DNA from: Bacteroidales bacterium
Lineage (GTDB): Bacteria; Bacteroidota; Bacteroidia; Bacteroidales; VadinHA17
NCBI GenBank assembly: GCA_034003345.1
Contig: JAVEYS010000003.1
Span: forward strand, 4,789 to 68,788
Reading direction: 5' to 3'
Length of the DNA stretch: 64,000 bases
The notes beneath the pieces were generated by a model. The model did not search any database. It saw only the letters and a program-made list of their open reading frames with translations, and was not told where the DNA came from. This document shows positions 45,379 through 54,083 of the stretch, one piece after another. The position numbers and the translations under genes were made by a program. Positions within the stretch are counted from its first letter, which is position 1; every line of letters starts with the position of its first letter.

Positions 45379-47229
45379 TTATTTTATCTCTCCTCCCACA
45401 ATTGGTATTGTCACCTCTGTGCCGTCAAGGTCAATGGTCAGCCCGGTGCCCGGCATGGGGTGGAGGGTGAACTCCTTATCGCTTGAGAAGATCAGCAGGC
45501 CTATTTGTTTGCCGGCAGGTATGATCTGGTCATCAGGCTCCAGCTCGAAGCTCATTTCATAGTACTGGCCGGGGATCAGGGGCTCACTCTCGGTAAGCGA
45601 ACGGTGGTTCTGCAGGTCGGCCCATCCGCGCGTGATAATGTTATCTGTAATCCTGGGCTCACGCGGGGTGGTCCAGGGCAATGCCACCAGCCATACTGAT
45701 AAATTCACAGCAGGCTTGCTTGCAGCAGCTCTTACCTTTACCGTCGTCACTCCTGAGATATGTGCAGGCTCCGTCAGCACGGGTGTCAGGTAAAGGAGAC
45801 GGTGGCTGGTGTATTCTGCCTGGGCCAGCATGGAACCGGTGAAGGAAAAATTGTCGATGATGGTCTCCGTGCCCTGTCCTGCTATCTTCTCTGTCACAAG
45901 ACCGCCTGTCGCCGGGGCTCCGGGGGTGAGGAAGAATGTTACGGGCGCTGCATCGGGATGGGGATAGTCAGCATAGGGTGTGGGGCTGAGGCGGTCATCC
46001 TCCTCGCGGACGATATAAGCCTTCGGGTCATTCTCTACTCCGTTCTCCACTCCGAAGAGGTAACGGGTGAACCATCTGTTCATCAATTTTACGGGAGGCT
46101 CACCGCCGTGGCTACCCTGATGGTAGTAAATCTGTAATGGCAGGCCTCTCTCCTTCAGCACTTTGATAAAACGGTAACTGTGGCTGGGAACAACATTCCA
46201 GTCGTTGAAAGCATGCGCCATCAGTACTGCCGCCCTGAAGTTATCCATGTAGGTCATCAGATCACGTCTTTCCCAGAATTCGTTATAGTCACCTGTCACG
46301 CGGTCTATACCTTTCGCCATCTCGGTGTCTCTCACCACGCTGTCGCAGTATTCACAGTTGTCAGGGTTAGAGTAGATAAAGTCATAGAGCACATCGGCAT
46401 CCTCGCCGGAATAACCTCCCGGGTTCCTCACCAGGCCGTTGGAGCGGTAGTAGTGGTAATATGAGGTATTGGGAGCCACGGGGATGATAGCCTCGAGGCC
46501 CTCCACACCGGTGGTGGCTGCGGCGAAGGGAATGGTGCCGTTGTACGACGTGCCAATCATCCCCACCTTTCCTGTGGTCCAGTAAGCCCTGACCTCCTCT
46601 GTGCCGTCAGGGGTGGTATATCCTTTTGCCCGTCCGTTAAGCCAGTCGATAACTGCCTTGGGTGCCAGTGCCTCTATCCTGGTACCGATGGTCGGGCAAC
46701 CCTGTGAGAGACCTGTCCCTGGAGCAGACGAGTGAACCACGATAAAACCGTAAGGCAACCAGGCTTTAACCTGAGAGTTGGATATCACTGGCCTTTCACC
46801 TCTGCGTTCGATCTGCGGAGGATGTATATGACCTGTGGGAACAGTGTTAAGTTCCTGTCTTACATCCCAGAAATACTCTCTGTTGTTTCCGGCTGTTCCA
46901 GCGAAGTAGGGACTCGATTCATATACAACGGGAAGCTTTATGCCTTCAGTTTCAGTCTGCTTCGGACGGGTGACATCAACATGCATCCTGTCGCGTCTGG
47001 AGTCACCGTCAGTGTCAAACTCCGTCTCCACCCACAGATCCTCGCGAATCCAGTCATCCGGGTTCTCAAAGGCAGGTATCATCTGAGCTTCACCGTTAAC
47101 AATTACGGGTACCACTGTAACTGACTGTGCCGTGGCTGCAGCTTCCCCCCGGGTTTCCTGTGCCTGGATCTCAGAATATCCACATATTACAACTGACAGT
47201 ACAAGCAGAACAAAGATTCTTATTTTCAT
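45379..47229 (-). CDS. pepX: Xaa-Pro dipeptidyl-peptidase (S15 / CocE-NonD family), secreted
   Basis: 616 aa. It has a signal peptide, the nucleophile motif MIGTSYNGT and a C-terminal beta-sandwich. Confidence 0.85.
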   Translation of the reverse strand: MKIRIFVLLVLSVVICGYSEIQAQETRGEAAATAQSVTVVPVIVNGEAQMIPAFENPDDWIREDLWVETEFDTDGDSRRDRMHVDVTRPKQTETEGIKLPVVYESSPYFAGTAGNNREYFWDVRQELNTVPTGHIHPPQIERRGERPVISNSQVKAWLPYGFIVVHSSAPGTGLSQGCPTIGTRIEALAPKAVIDWLNGRAKGYTTPDGTEEVRAYWTTGKVGMIGTSYNGTIPFAAATTGVEGLEAIIPVAPNTSYYHYYRSNGLVRNPGGYSGEDADVLYDFIYSNPDNCEYCDSVVRDTEMAKGIDRVTGDYNEFWERRDLMTYMDNFRAAVLMAHAFNDWNVVPSHSYRFIKVLKERGLPLQIYYHQGSHGGEPPVKLMNRWFTRYLFGVENGVENDPKAYIVREEDDRLSPTPYADYPHPDAAPVTFFLTPGAPATGGLVTEKIAGQGTETIIDNFSFTGSMLAQAEYTSHRLLYLTPVLTEPAHISGVTTVKVRAAASKPAVNLSVWLVALPWTTPREPRITDNIITRGWADLQNHRSLTESEPLIPGQYYEMSFELEPDDQIIPAGKQIGLLIFSSDKEFTLHPMPGTGLTIDLDGTEVTIPIVGGEIK

Positions 47230-47499
47230 GGGTTGGGTTTATTGTTTAATGGTAATGGCAAAAGAATAAAAAAATTCTCAGTTGTACTCCGGATATTTTA
47301 TCATCTGATTAATGCTCTCCGGATCGTCGTAGTTAACAAGATGAGTGCTGACATATTCTTTGATCAGATCCTTAATGAGAGAGCTCAACACCGTTTGATT
47401 GCCCATGGGATGAGGCAATGATCAGGCTGAAGAACAATTCTGTAAGGGGTCAGAACTGGCTTATAACCGGTAATGGTTTTTTACAATTGCGAGGCTTCC

Positions 47500-48954
47500 T
47501 TAGTCCCTGATCTTTATGAGATCTTCTGGTTTGTCAATAAACAGGTTTCTCTTCTGATTATCAAATTTTGAGAAACCGCGGTCAACCAGGACATATTCTA
47601 TGGGCAACGCTGCACTTTTCGTGACAGGTAAAGTTATACCGGTTATGTCTTCAACGGCCTTCTTCAGTAGCGGCTCTGTCAGATCGCCGAGAGGAAAGGC
47701 GGGTAATAACTCATCTCCAACAAGAAAATCGGGGGCAAACCCATCCTTAAAGCTGGTAACACCCTCGGCATTGGCATACCGTATTACTATTGGCTGTAAT
47801 CCCCAGTTTTCAAATGAAGAATAATCAGCTTCATTTGTGTACCAGTCCTCCGGCTTTATGGTGATGGAAGCGGTATATTTTCCGTATGTGGTGTCGCCTA
47901 CTGTAACGACATCCATATAAGGTTCCAGTCCGCAGATCGTAAGCTCCGAGGCGCTGGCTGTGCCATTCCCCGTCAGGATATACACTTTGCCGAGATCCAG
48001 TTTAACAGGCACCGTCGGGTCAAAATTCACTCCGAGCTGATCCTGATTGTTATTTGAGATCCAGTAGGTCTGGTACTTGTCGTTCCATTGGAAGGTGACG
48101 AGAGTACTTGAATTGTCTACCACACTCTGAGGTGCAATGGAACTGGTCAGATACTGTGCAGCCGATGTGTAGCCACCGGGATTGTACCGCAGGTCAAGCA
48201 CCAGATCAGTGATCTGGTTATCCTTGAAATACTGCAGTGCCAGGTTGAGGCTGGTGGTGTTATAGCTGGCAATATACTGCAGATAAACAAGGTACCCTAT
48301 CTTATGCCCCTCAACTTCCATGGTCTTATACATGAGAACCGGGTCAAGATTCAGCTCTTCTGCCACCAGGGCTACTGTATCACCGGAAGAGATACCCTGG
48401 CTGGTCAGGATTCCCTTTGTGACAGAGATTGAAGTGCCGGACAGCAGCTCTCTGTAATTATTGGCAGTAATATTTGCATCATTGAGCTTGATGATAAGAT
48501 CACCTCTTGTAAATCCTGCCTGTGAGGCGGGGGTATTCGGGTAAACATACTCAACAATCGCAAAATAGTTACCGGTAGGACTACCTGTAGCATCAACAAA
48601 CCTGCCGAAGGCCAGAGAATAACCATATGTTTTTTCAACCCCCTGGAGACTACCTTCAAAAGCAGTTATGTCATCAGTTATATAAGACCATCTGTCTTCA
48701 CTGTAAAGGAGTTTATCAAAATAGGTTTTGGGGTCAGTTTCATATCTTATGTCGATGGCAGGCATTTTATCATACCAGAGATAAACATCAGTCATCGCCT
48801 CCTTGATGAAGCCATTAATTTTCTGAATCAATGCAGTTGCCTCTGTCTGTTCTTCCTCTTCCTCTTCCTCCTCAGGTATCACCTTCTCCTCGCATCCGGC
48901 AAGAATGACGGACGCAAGTACAAATAACAGCAACCAGTATCCTATCTTTTTCAT
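47500..48954 (-). CDS. S41-family peptidase (tail-specific protease-like) lipoprotein
   Basis: The track ORF extends to 49068, but the lipoprotein signal MKKIGYWLLLFVLASVILAGC starts at 48954. It has a PDZ-like segment GFTRGDLIIKLND and the S41 serine block GNGTASASELTI. Confidence 0.85.
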   Translation of the reverse strand: MKKIGYWLLLFVLASVILAGCEEKVIPEEEEEEEEQTEATALIQKINGFIKEAMTDVYLWYDKMPAIDIRYETDPKTYFDKLLYSEDRWSYITDDITAFEGSLQGVEKTYGYSLAFGRFVDATGSPTGNYFAIVEYVYPNTPASQAGFTRGDLIIKLNDANITANNYRELLSGTSISVTKGILTSQGISSGDTVALVAEELNLDPVLMYKTMEVEGHKIGYLVYLQYIASYNTTSLNLALQYFKDNQITDLVLDLRYNPGGYTSAAQYLTSSIAPQSVVDNSSTLVTFQWNDKYQTYWISNNNQDQLGVNFDPTVPVKLDLGKVYILTGNGTASASELTICGLEPYMDVVTVGDTTYGKYTASITIKPEDWYTNEADYSSFENWGLQPIVIRYANAEGVTSFKDGFAPDFLVGDELLPAFPLGDLTEPLLKKAVEDITGITLPVTKSAALPIEYVLVDRGFSKFDNQKRNLFIDKPEDLIKIRD

Positions 48955-49076
48955 AATAATAGAGCTAATTAAATCCGATATAAAAATAATGAATTTATCA
49001 AGATCCCCGAGACTTCTTATTACTATGAAAAGAACGCCGTTTTTCGTAAATTTGGGAAAAGAATGCAAGAACAGGA

Positions 49077-50315
49077 ATGGTTTTTCGAAGGAAATACAGC
49101 CTGACGATCTTCATCTTTGTGGGTTTCTTTCTCGGAATATTTGCCGGACTGGTTATCGGAGAACCAGCAATCCCATTTACCGAACCCCTGGCAAATATCT
49201 TCCTGAGGCTGCTCAGGATGGTTATTATGCCTCTGGTTATCACCTCCATAATCAGTGCAGTGATACAGGTGGGTTCCGCACGCGGCCTGGGGAGAATAGG
49301 ATTGCGTACCTTCATTTACTACATCTGCACCAGTCTCCTGGCAATAATAACCGGACAGCTGCTCGTAAATCTGTTTAAACCGGGTGTGGGTGCTGAGATA
49401 GGCCTTGAAGCCAGTCCTGAAACCATTACGGCAGTTGAACGCGGGCTGGGAGAGATACTGCTTAACATCATACCTGAAAACCCTTTTGCTGCTGCTGCCT
49501 CAGGTGATGTACTGCCCATAATTTTCTTTTCGGTGTTATTCGGATATTTTGTGACAAGGATAGGAGCAGATCACAAAAAGCAGATATCAGGTTTTTTCGA
49601 GGCGGCTTTTGAGGCGATGCTCAAGATGACTTCGCTGATTATCTGGGCTGCTCCCCTGGGTGTTTTCGGAATAATAACCGGCATAGTTGCCCAAACAGGG
49701 TTTGCCGCTTTCAGGCCCCTGGGTTTTTACTTCATTATTGTTCTTGCAGGTCTGACCATACATATGTTCCTGACTCTTCCGACACTTCTTTTTTTCCTGG
49801 GCAGAATAAGTCCTGTCAGGCATTTCAGGGGGATGGTTTCTGCCATGCTTACAGCTTTTACAACATGCTCAACCATCGTCACCCTGCCTCTTACAATGAA
49901 GGCTGTGACAGAGGTCTCGGGAGCATCAAGGAGGGCTGCCGGTTTTGTGCTTCCCATCGGTGCAACGATGAATATGGACGGGACGGCACTTTATGAATGC
50001 GTGGCCGCTATCTTTATCGCCCAGGTATATGGTTTTGATCTCACTTTCGGGGCCCAGATGACCATCGCTGTCACAGCGGTGCTTGCTTCAATCGGGGCTG
50101 CCAGTATACCCATGAGCGGACTGGTAATGATGTCCATTATACTGGGAGCGGTTGGACTGCCTCTCGAAGGTGTCGTTGTCATTCTTGCGGTTGACAGGAT
50201 TCTGGACATGTTCAGGACAACGGTCAATGTCTTCAGCGACAGTTGCGGTGCAGTGATTATTTCCAGGCTGGAGAGCCTGAGTGAGGAGGCAAACAGTAAA
50301 TCAAAATCAGGATAG
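49077..50315 (+). CDS. dicarboxylate/amino acid:cation symporter (DAACS/GltP family)
   Basis: 412 aa, polytopic. It contains the family blocks PLVITSIISAV, FEAMLKMT, ATMNMDGTALYE and DRILDMFRT.VNV. Confidence 0.9.
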   Translation: MVFRRKYSLTIFIFVGFFLGIFAGLVIGEPAIPFTEPLANIFLRLLRMVIMPLVITSIISAVIQVGSARGLGRIGLRTFIYYICTSLLAIITGQLLVNLFKPGVGAEIGLEASPETITAVERGLGEILLNIIPENPFAAAASGDVLPIIFFSVLFGYFVTRIGADHKKQISGFFEAAFEAMLKMTSLIIWAAPLGVFGIITGIVAQTGFAAFRPLGFYFIIVLAGLTIHMFLTLPTLLFFLGRISPVRHFRGMVSAMLTAFTTCSTIVTLPLTMKAVTEVSGASRRAAGFVLPIGATMNMDGTALYECVAAIFIAQVYGFDLTFGAQMTIAVTAVLASIGAASIPMSGLVMMSIILGAVGLPLEGVVVILAVDRILDMFRTTVNVFSDSCGAVIISRLESLSEEANSKSKSG

Positions 50316-50433
50316 TGATTACCGTTCCGGTTGAGCCATGGGCTCAGGGTAGTGCACAGTGTTTATGAGAGTTTCAAATACAGGCTGACTGCAAGGAGTG
50401 TAATCTTCTCTCCGGAGAGAGTTGGCCGATAGG

Positions 50434-51015
50434 TTACTTAAAGAGGTAGTTTATTGATTTTGTGGAGTTTTGCAGGGTGAATTCAGTACTGATCATTGAC
50501 TGCGAGCCGTCACCTTTGCGAAGCAGCACGATCTGGCAGGTGATCTTCCCACTGGCTTTCATAAGATCGATAATCTCCTTCTTATGGTCTGCACCAGTGT
50601 CACCGGCACTCTTACGTCCCTGCTTGTCGCGTGTGTCTCCTATCCTCCATGTCTTCCAGTCGGAATCAATGATATATTTCCTGACATTGGCATCCCACTG
50701 CTGCTCTATGGCCTCCGGGTCGAGAATATACATCTTCGGGCTGTCGTCAAACCTGAAGACAAGATTGTAAACGTTGTATTCCGTACCTATGTTCTTGTTC
50801 AGCAGAATCTGGCCGGTAATCTGATCGTACGGAGATGTCCCCTTCTGTCCAGGTACGGCACGTAGCACCCGCAGTGTTTCGGTTCCGCTTTTGGAGGTAA
50901 CAAATGCTATCCGGTATGTCTGTTCATATGTTTCAGCGGTCTGCGCCTTCCACTGCGCTCCGGCAACGCTGCAAAACAGAGTGGTCGCCAATAAAAAAAC
51001 TATCTTTTTCATCAT
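50434..51015 (-). CDS. secreted hypothetical protein
   Basis: 193 aa. Signal peptide MMKKIVFLLATTLFCSVAGAQ. No motif is recognised. Confidence 0.55.
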   Translation of the reverse strand: MMKKIVFLLATTLFCSVAGAQWKAQTAETYEQTYRIAFVTSKSGTETLRVLRAVPGQKGTSPYDQITGQILLNKNIGTEYNVYNLVFRFDDSPKMYILDPEAIEQQWDANVRKYIIDSDWKTWRIGDTRDKQGRKSAGDTGADHKKEIIDLMKASGKITCQIVLLRKGDGSQSMISTEFTLQNSTKSINYLFK

Positions 51016-51390
51016 AATAAGATTTGATTACCATTGTATGAAAGCTTGTCCCGCAAAGCGGGAGAATACCAATGTTGAACTTATAACCGTTGTTTTTAGC
51101 TTTGCCGGGCCCGAAATCCCGGTTGCGTTTCTGTAACCACAGATATTTCATTGCATCAGGGTTATTTTATCCAACAATGAGGTATAAGGAGGTTAATTCA
51201 ATTAACTCTCATCCATTACAACGCTGATTTTGTAAGAAAGTTATACCTGGATGTTGCAGAAACGCATTGCAGCCCTGACAATTCACAGTATTAATTCATT
51301 AAGCGACTGGTTTTCACATAATGAAATCATCAGACCGTTGAATGGCTCAACTTATTTCTTAAATTAGCATCTTCACCTGCAGAATGATGA

Positions 51391-52791
51391 ATGCACATGA
51401 GTAATCAACGGAGTCTTGCCAGGACACTCGGACTGGGCTATGCAGTCATCTTTGTCATTGCAAACATCATAGGGTCAGGGGTATATAAGAAGATTGCCCC
51501 TATGGCCAATGAGCTTCATTCTTCAGTGTGGATTCTGCTGGTGTGGATTGCCGGGGGAATAATCACTCTCTTTGGGGCGCTGAGCAATGCCGAACTGGCG
51601 GGTATGCTGGCAGATACCGGAGGTGATTATGTATATCTTAAAAAGATTTACAAGCGTTTCTTTTCGTTTCTCTACGGATGGTCGCTCTTTGCTGTCATAC
51701 AGACAGCAACAATCTCTTCGATTGCATATGTCCTGGTACAGTCGCTCAACAGTGTCATCCCCATTCCTGAGATATTACCTTCCCTCCAGGATTTTACAAT
51801 CGGGGGTCTCTTTTTCCCGTTCCGGGATTTTGGCATTAAGCTGGCGGCAATAACCGTGATCATGCTGCTGACCTTGCTTAATATGTCAGGGCTGCGCAGC
51901 GGGGCATGGACAGGCAAGGCCATCTTCTTTTTTGTATGTGCCGGCCTGCTGGTGATAATCGTTGCGGGACTGACCAGCAATACTCCCAGGCCTGAAAACT
52001 ACATGAACTTCAGGGAGCTGGGCAATGGAACAGTCACCCTCTCGGCTTTCTATACAGCCATTCTGGCCTCTTTCTGGGCATATCAGGGATGGGTTTCAGT
52101 GGGGTTCATCGGGGGCGAGATCAAGAACGCGAACAGAAACATTCCGAAAGGAATAGCTATTGGAGTACTGGTTGTGATAGTTACATATGTCCTCGTCAAC
52201 CTGGCCTATATGCGGATAATGGCAATACCTGAACTGGTACAGGTTCATGAAGCCGGAAACCAGATAGCTGCCGTGGAGGCAGTGAGGAACTTGTGGGGTA
52301 CAGGAGGGGTGCTCTTTATTTCTCTGCTGATACTGGTGACCACCCTTGGTTGTCTCAACGCCAGCGTTCTTACCGGTTCAAGACCCTATTATGCCATGTC
52401 GCAGGAGGGACTTTTCTTCTCAGGTATAGGTAAGCTCAACCGTCACAACGTACCCGGCAACTCATTACTATGGCAGGGCATATGGGCCTCGGTGCTGGTG
52501 CTCTCGGGTACCTTCGACCAGCTGACGGACATGCTCATCTTTGCCGTTTACATATTTTACGGTGCCATGGCAACAGGTGTCTTTATCCTTCGCCGCAGGA
52601 TGCCGGAGGCACACCGGCCCTACAAAGTATGGGGCTACCCCTATGTGACTGCCTTTTTTATTCTGTTTTGTATAGGACTGTTTTTAAATACGATCATAAC
52701 ACAGCCCCGCGAAGCTCTCATAGGGCTGACACTCATCCTGACCGGCATACCTGTTTATTTCCTTTTCCGGAGAAAGCACGATAAAGGCTAA
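51391..52791 (+). CDS. amino acid permease (APC superfamily)
   Basis: 466 aa with about 12 TM segments. N-terminal block IANIIGSGVYK and SNAELAGM. Confidence 0.9.
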   Translation: MHMSNQRSLARTLGLGYAVIFVIANIIGSGVYKKIAPMANELHSSVWILLVWIAGGIITLFGALSNAELAGMLADTGGDYVYLKKIYKRFFSFLYGWSLFAVIQTATISSIAYVLVQSLNSVIPIPEILPSLQDFTIGGLFFPFRDFGIKLAAITVIMLLTLLNMSGLRSGAWTGKAIFFFVCAGLLVIIVAGLTSNTPRPENYMNFRELGNGTVTLSAFYTAILASFWAYQGWVSVGFIGGEIKNANRNIPKGIAIGVLVVIVTYVLVNLAYMRIMAIPELVQVHEAGNQIAAVEAVRNLWGTGGVLFISLLILVTTLGCLNASVLTGSRPYYAMSQEGLFFSGIGKLNRHNVPGNSLLWQGIWASVLVLSGTFDQLTDMLIFAVYIFYGAMATGVFILRRRMPEAHRPYKVWGYPYVTAFFILFCIGLFLNTIITQPREALIGLTLILTGIPVYFLFRRKHDKG

Positions 52792-54065
52792 CGCTGACTG
52801 ATCTTCTTCCACACTCTTTCTGCCTGCTTCCTGGAATCCTTTAGTATCGCCTGCTCGTCAACGGTAGTGATCTTCCTCTCTCTGACAATCATTTTTCCAT
52901 CTGAGATGACATCCGAAATGTGACGTGATGAGATGCCGAAAAGCAGATGTCCTATAAAATTTTCCCTGGTGACCGGTGTGGGAGGATCATAATCAAGGAT
53001 CACGAGGTTATTATCACTGTCACCGGTTAATCCGTTACTGTTCAGGTAATGGTGTACGTTCCTGAGCCTTTTATAGGCTGAGTCATATGAGATATTATCA
53101 TGGCGCTGGCCTGCAAAAAAAGCCGCCTTCAGGCTCTGCAGCATGTCGCTGTGCATGCCGTCAGTGCCCAGCATGATGTTCTCACCCAATCCTGCTCCGT
53201 TGAAACTGCCCACATTGTTATTGAGGTTGCTCTCGCAGTTCTCTGCCACCCAGGCCGGTGAATTGGCTATCAGCTCCCTCTCTCTGTCATTGAGATGCAG
53301 GCAGTGCACAAGGATACTTTTCGGGGAGCTAAGAACCCCAGCACCTGAAAGACGTTCAACAACCCTTTTGCCATGCTCGCTCAGGCAGTGCTCCTGATCA
53401 TATTCATCCTCGGCGACATGTATATGGATGCCGGTGTCATATTCACGCATTATTCCGACAGCCCTCTCCAGTGTATCATCACCTACCGTGAAGGAGGCAT
53501 GCAGCCCCACCAGCCCTTTGTGTTCTTTCATGTAGCTCTCCGTTTCATCCAGTCCTTCACCGGCAATCACTTTTCCGTCACGGTCAGATATCTCATAGCA
53601 TAACAGGTGAGATACGCCCACTTTTTCAAAAGCTCCTGCAATGATCCTGAGGGAATCCTTTATTGCAAAGGGAGAGGCATGATGGTCTATCACGAAGGTA
53701 GAGCCGTTCCTGGCACATTCCATCGCTGTCACCAGGGCAGACATCTCTATCAGTTCAGCATCCAGCTGTTTGTCAAGGGTCCACCAGACATACTGCAGTA
53801 TCTCCAGGAAGTTGCGCGGTATTTGTTTGGGAGCCCCCATACCCCTTGCCAGTGCCGAGTAGGCATGATGGTGGCCTACGGCAAACGATTTTGTCACCAG
53901 CCTGCCGGTGCAGTCGATGGTCTCGGTGCCAGGATAAACTATGCCGTTATCATCCGGGCTCGTAAGCTGTATGTTGTCATCACCGGGGCGGACAATGATG
54001 TTCCTGGTACAGAAGTCAAGTGTCTTCCAGTCTATGTAGGTTGCGTTTTTTAGCAGCAGGTTCAT
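52788..54065 (-). CDS. ssnA: SsnA-type amidohydrolase (putative aminohydrolase of the ygfK-ssnA cluster)
   Basis: 425 aa. Blocks HHHAYSALARGM, VWWTLD, VIDHHASP, HIHVAED and LGTDG, as I recall them from E. coli SsnA and the chlorohydrolase family. It is the last gene of the operon. Confidence 0.8.
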   Translation of the reverse strand: MNLLLKNATYIDWKTLDFCTRNIIVRPGDDNIQLTSPDDNGIVYPGTETIDCTGRLVTKSFAVGHHHAYSALARGMGAPKQIPRNFLEILQYVWWTLDKQLDAELIEMSALVTAMECARNGSTFVIDHHASPFAIKDSLRIIAGAFEKVGVSHLLCYEISDRDGKVIAGEGLDETESYMKEHKGLVGLHASFTVGDDTLERAVGIMREYDTGIHIHVAEDEYDQEHCLSEHGKRVVERLSGAGVLSSPKSILVHCLHLNDRERELIANSPAWVAENCESNLNNNVGSFNGAGLGENIMLGTDGMHSDMLQSLKAAFFAGQRHDNISYDSAYKRLRNVHHYLNSNGLTGDSDNNLVILDYDPPTPVTRENFIGHLLFGISSRHISDVISDGKMIVRERKITTVDEQAILKDSRKQAERVWKKISQR

Positions 54066-54083
54066 CTCTTGAAAATTTACAGT

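Noticed and set aside
47233-47421. Small ORFs between the S41 peptidase and pepX. One is 62 aa on the plus strand (47233-47421). The other is 42 aa on the minus strand (47278-47406, MGNQTVLSSLIKDLIKEYVSTHLVNYDDPESINQMIKYPEYN).
   Set aside because: The two overlap on opposite strands and neither has a motif, signal or promoter box. The minus-strand one is co-oriented with its neighbours and slightly more plausible, but there is not enough evidence to call either.
51016-51390. The 375-nt leader upstream of the APC permease, next to the purine-type operon, considered as a possible purine or amino-acid riboswitch.
   Set aside because: I could not find the conserved purine-riboswitch loop and junction sequences or glycine/lysine riboswitch cores by eye. 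Only two short generic hairpins are present. An Infernal scan is needed before any claim.
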